A stretch of DNA of 64,000 nt from Octopus sinensis (lineage: Eukaryota). The notes beneath the pieces are model-generated. The model ran no database searches and was not told the origin of the DNA. It was given only the letters and a program-made list of their open reading frames with translations. The stretch lies in contig NC_043002.1 in assembly GCF_006345805.1 (NCBI RefSeq), positions 6,696,001-6,760,000 of the forward strand, read 5' to 3'. This document shows positions 61,729 through 64,000 of this stretch, in pieces. The translations under genes were made by a program, and so were the position numbers. Within the stretch, counting starts at the first letter, position 1; each line of letters starts with the position of its first letter.

Positions 61729-63627
61729 TTCTTCTATATCATTAGTCTGACCAGGAACGCCAGAGTAAATGCATTACACTTTTAGATTTTACATATTTCA
61801 AAGCCACATTCAAATATCATCAAGTCAACTTATCTTTCGACATTCTCAGATAAATGAAATGCATACTGGTCATGATATTGATTGTTGACATGTACACAAC
61901 GTCACAAAATTGGTGGGACCAATGGTGGGGCGAAGTACATGATTGACCTTAGTACTTCATTGGTACATATGTTATCCATCGCCAGGAGTATGAAAGGTAG
62001 GGTTCATCGTAGGGTTCATTCGAAACGTAAAAGTTAAAGCTAAATGCGACTTAGTATTTCTTCTGACGCTGTATTGATCCATCGCGCTCGTACCGCTAAT
62101 CATTTAAACATGATGAGCATCAATTTAAGACAGCAAAGAGAGGTAGATCCGGATTTTTTCAGTCTGGCCGACAATTTTCTACAGTTCAAACATTAGTGAA
62201 AATTTTAAAATTTGGTACATTAGTGTAGTTTTCCAAGCTGAATTTCTGGGGATATTTCACTTTTTCCAGAAGAATTTTTTAAAAAGTTAGAGGCTTAAAG
62301 TTTGATATTTTTCACCCAGTCAGATAACAGAATTTGGAAGCTGTCATTTTGTGCGTGACAGCACGTGTTGTCTACTGAAAAAGAAATGAAATTCTGTTTT
62401 ATGCACGCCATATAATCACTCGTAAATTTTTGGAATTTTTAGAAAATTTTTGCAAATTTGTATTCTACACATGTGAATTCATACGATTATCCAAAAATAT
62501 AACAAAAGATTTTGTGCGTGATTTAAGGCCTATTTAACTGCTATTTTTAGCACACCTGATGACCACCCCAATGAGTGGAATATACTTGTCAATATATGCT
62601 TTCTCGCAGACAAAAGAATTATCATGCCTGGTTTGTTACTATAGAAACAAGTATGAATGTGTCTATGGCTTACGATTGCCTAAAATTACCCAAACTCCGC
62701 AAACTTTAAAAGCTAATATGTATTAATCGATTTATTGCGAAAATGAATTTCAAAGCAATGACTAGCGTATAAAAGCATATCCCTACACCGAATATGAAAT
62801 CAATTCAATCAGGAAGTAAAGAGATTGAACACTGGCAGCCAAAAAGAAAAAGATCCGCAGACCCTACTAGGATTAAAACTACGTGTCTTTTATTACAAGA
62901 AGTGACAATGCTACCGATTATATTACACAGCACCAGCCATTCCAACAACTCGAATGAAAAACCATAAATTCTTTTATTTTGTTTGCACTAATTTTCAGAT
63001 TCGCAAATCATTTAGCACTAGTTGGATAGGCTATTATACTTATATGCGTCTTCGCGTATTTGGTTTCTTTCTCTTATCTATTTCAAAGAGATATTATGAT
63101 ATCTAATATTATTCACGTTATGAGCCTTGGTAGTTCATTTATTCACCAATGATATATTGGATTAGAATTAATTCGTCCATTTCCTTCGTCAAACAAACAT
63201 TTACTCAGCAATTCATTGAAAAAACAAATCGTTATTGCTGTTTACCTCAATCTCAACAGACACATCTCACATTGAAAAAAAAAATTCTGAGACACTGTTA
63301 TACAGAATTGCATTTATCCATTGTCCTTTAAATTCTAAAAACATAAACGCTAGATTTCGTTAGTTTTTTTTTTTTTTATAGGTCGGGTGACTGCTTAAGG
63401 CTTAGATGTTTCTTTACTTCCATGAAATATGGCATAGATGCCCAGTGAGTAGCGAGGTGAGAGTGTGTCTCGTTACTTATAGAAATGGTGCCTTACACTA
63501 AAACTTTGAAAAATACAAGTGTTCTTATCGATCCCTCTGATCGAGTAGACTTACGATCAAAGAAATTCCAGCCCTGACTATCCAGTGTGAGTTTTTTTAA
63601 TATAATGTCTAATATTTCATTATTATT

Positions 63628-63985
63628 TTGTTACTTGTTTCAATCATTAGACTGCGGCCATGCTGGAGCTACGCCCTGAAGGGTTTTACTTGAACAAATC
63701 GGCCCCAGGACTTATTCTTTGTAAGCCTACGACTTATTCTATCGGTATCTTTTGCCGAACCGATAAGTTAGGAGGACGAAAACAGACCAACATCGGCTGT
63801 CAAGCGATGATGGGGGGAACAAACACAGACAGAAGCACACATCAGGCATGGCTGTGTGGTAGGAAGCTTGCTTTCCAACCATATGGTTCTAGGTTCAGTC
63901 CTATGCATGGCACTTTGGGCAAGTGTCAACCAAAGCCTTGTGAGTGGATTTGGTAGATGGAAACTGCAAGAAGCCCATCGCATAT
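63628..63985. mobile_element. SINE family A 3' half (-) joined to a second head and body (+)
   Basis: 63628-63835 rc tail; 63845-63985 head with internal deletion. Confidence 0.75.
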
Positions 63986-64000
63986 ATATGTATATATTTG

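Noticed and set aside
62120-62540. Possible DNA-transposon remnant
   Set aside because: No TIRs, TSD or transposase motif could be confirmed

Overview
AT-rich, gene-poor animal genomic DNA. The SINE families and dense microsatellites point to an octopus/cephalopod (inference from recalled repeat consensi, not a database search). No host protein-coding gene can be supported; most ORF-track entries are translated microsatellites. The window is a nest of mobile DNA: four to five Penelope-like (PLE; RT + GIY-YIG) remnants, Tx1/L1-like LINE fragments sitting in (TCTA)n arrays, RTE and CR1-like LINE ends, three or more tRNA-derived SINE families (one mobilised as a dimer), mariner/Tc1 remnants, MITEs and Helitron/Helentron-type elements. 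The main hidden signal is a dispersed set of about 13 type-I hammerhead ribozyme (HHR) motifs with loop-less palindromic stem III. Five have canonical cores, four share a non-canonical position-6 core, and the rest are decayed. Three are physically attached to PLE 3' ends, others lie on short defined-end non-autonomous elements, and several occur in head-to-head inverted arrangements.
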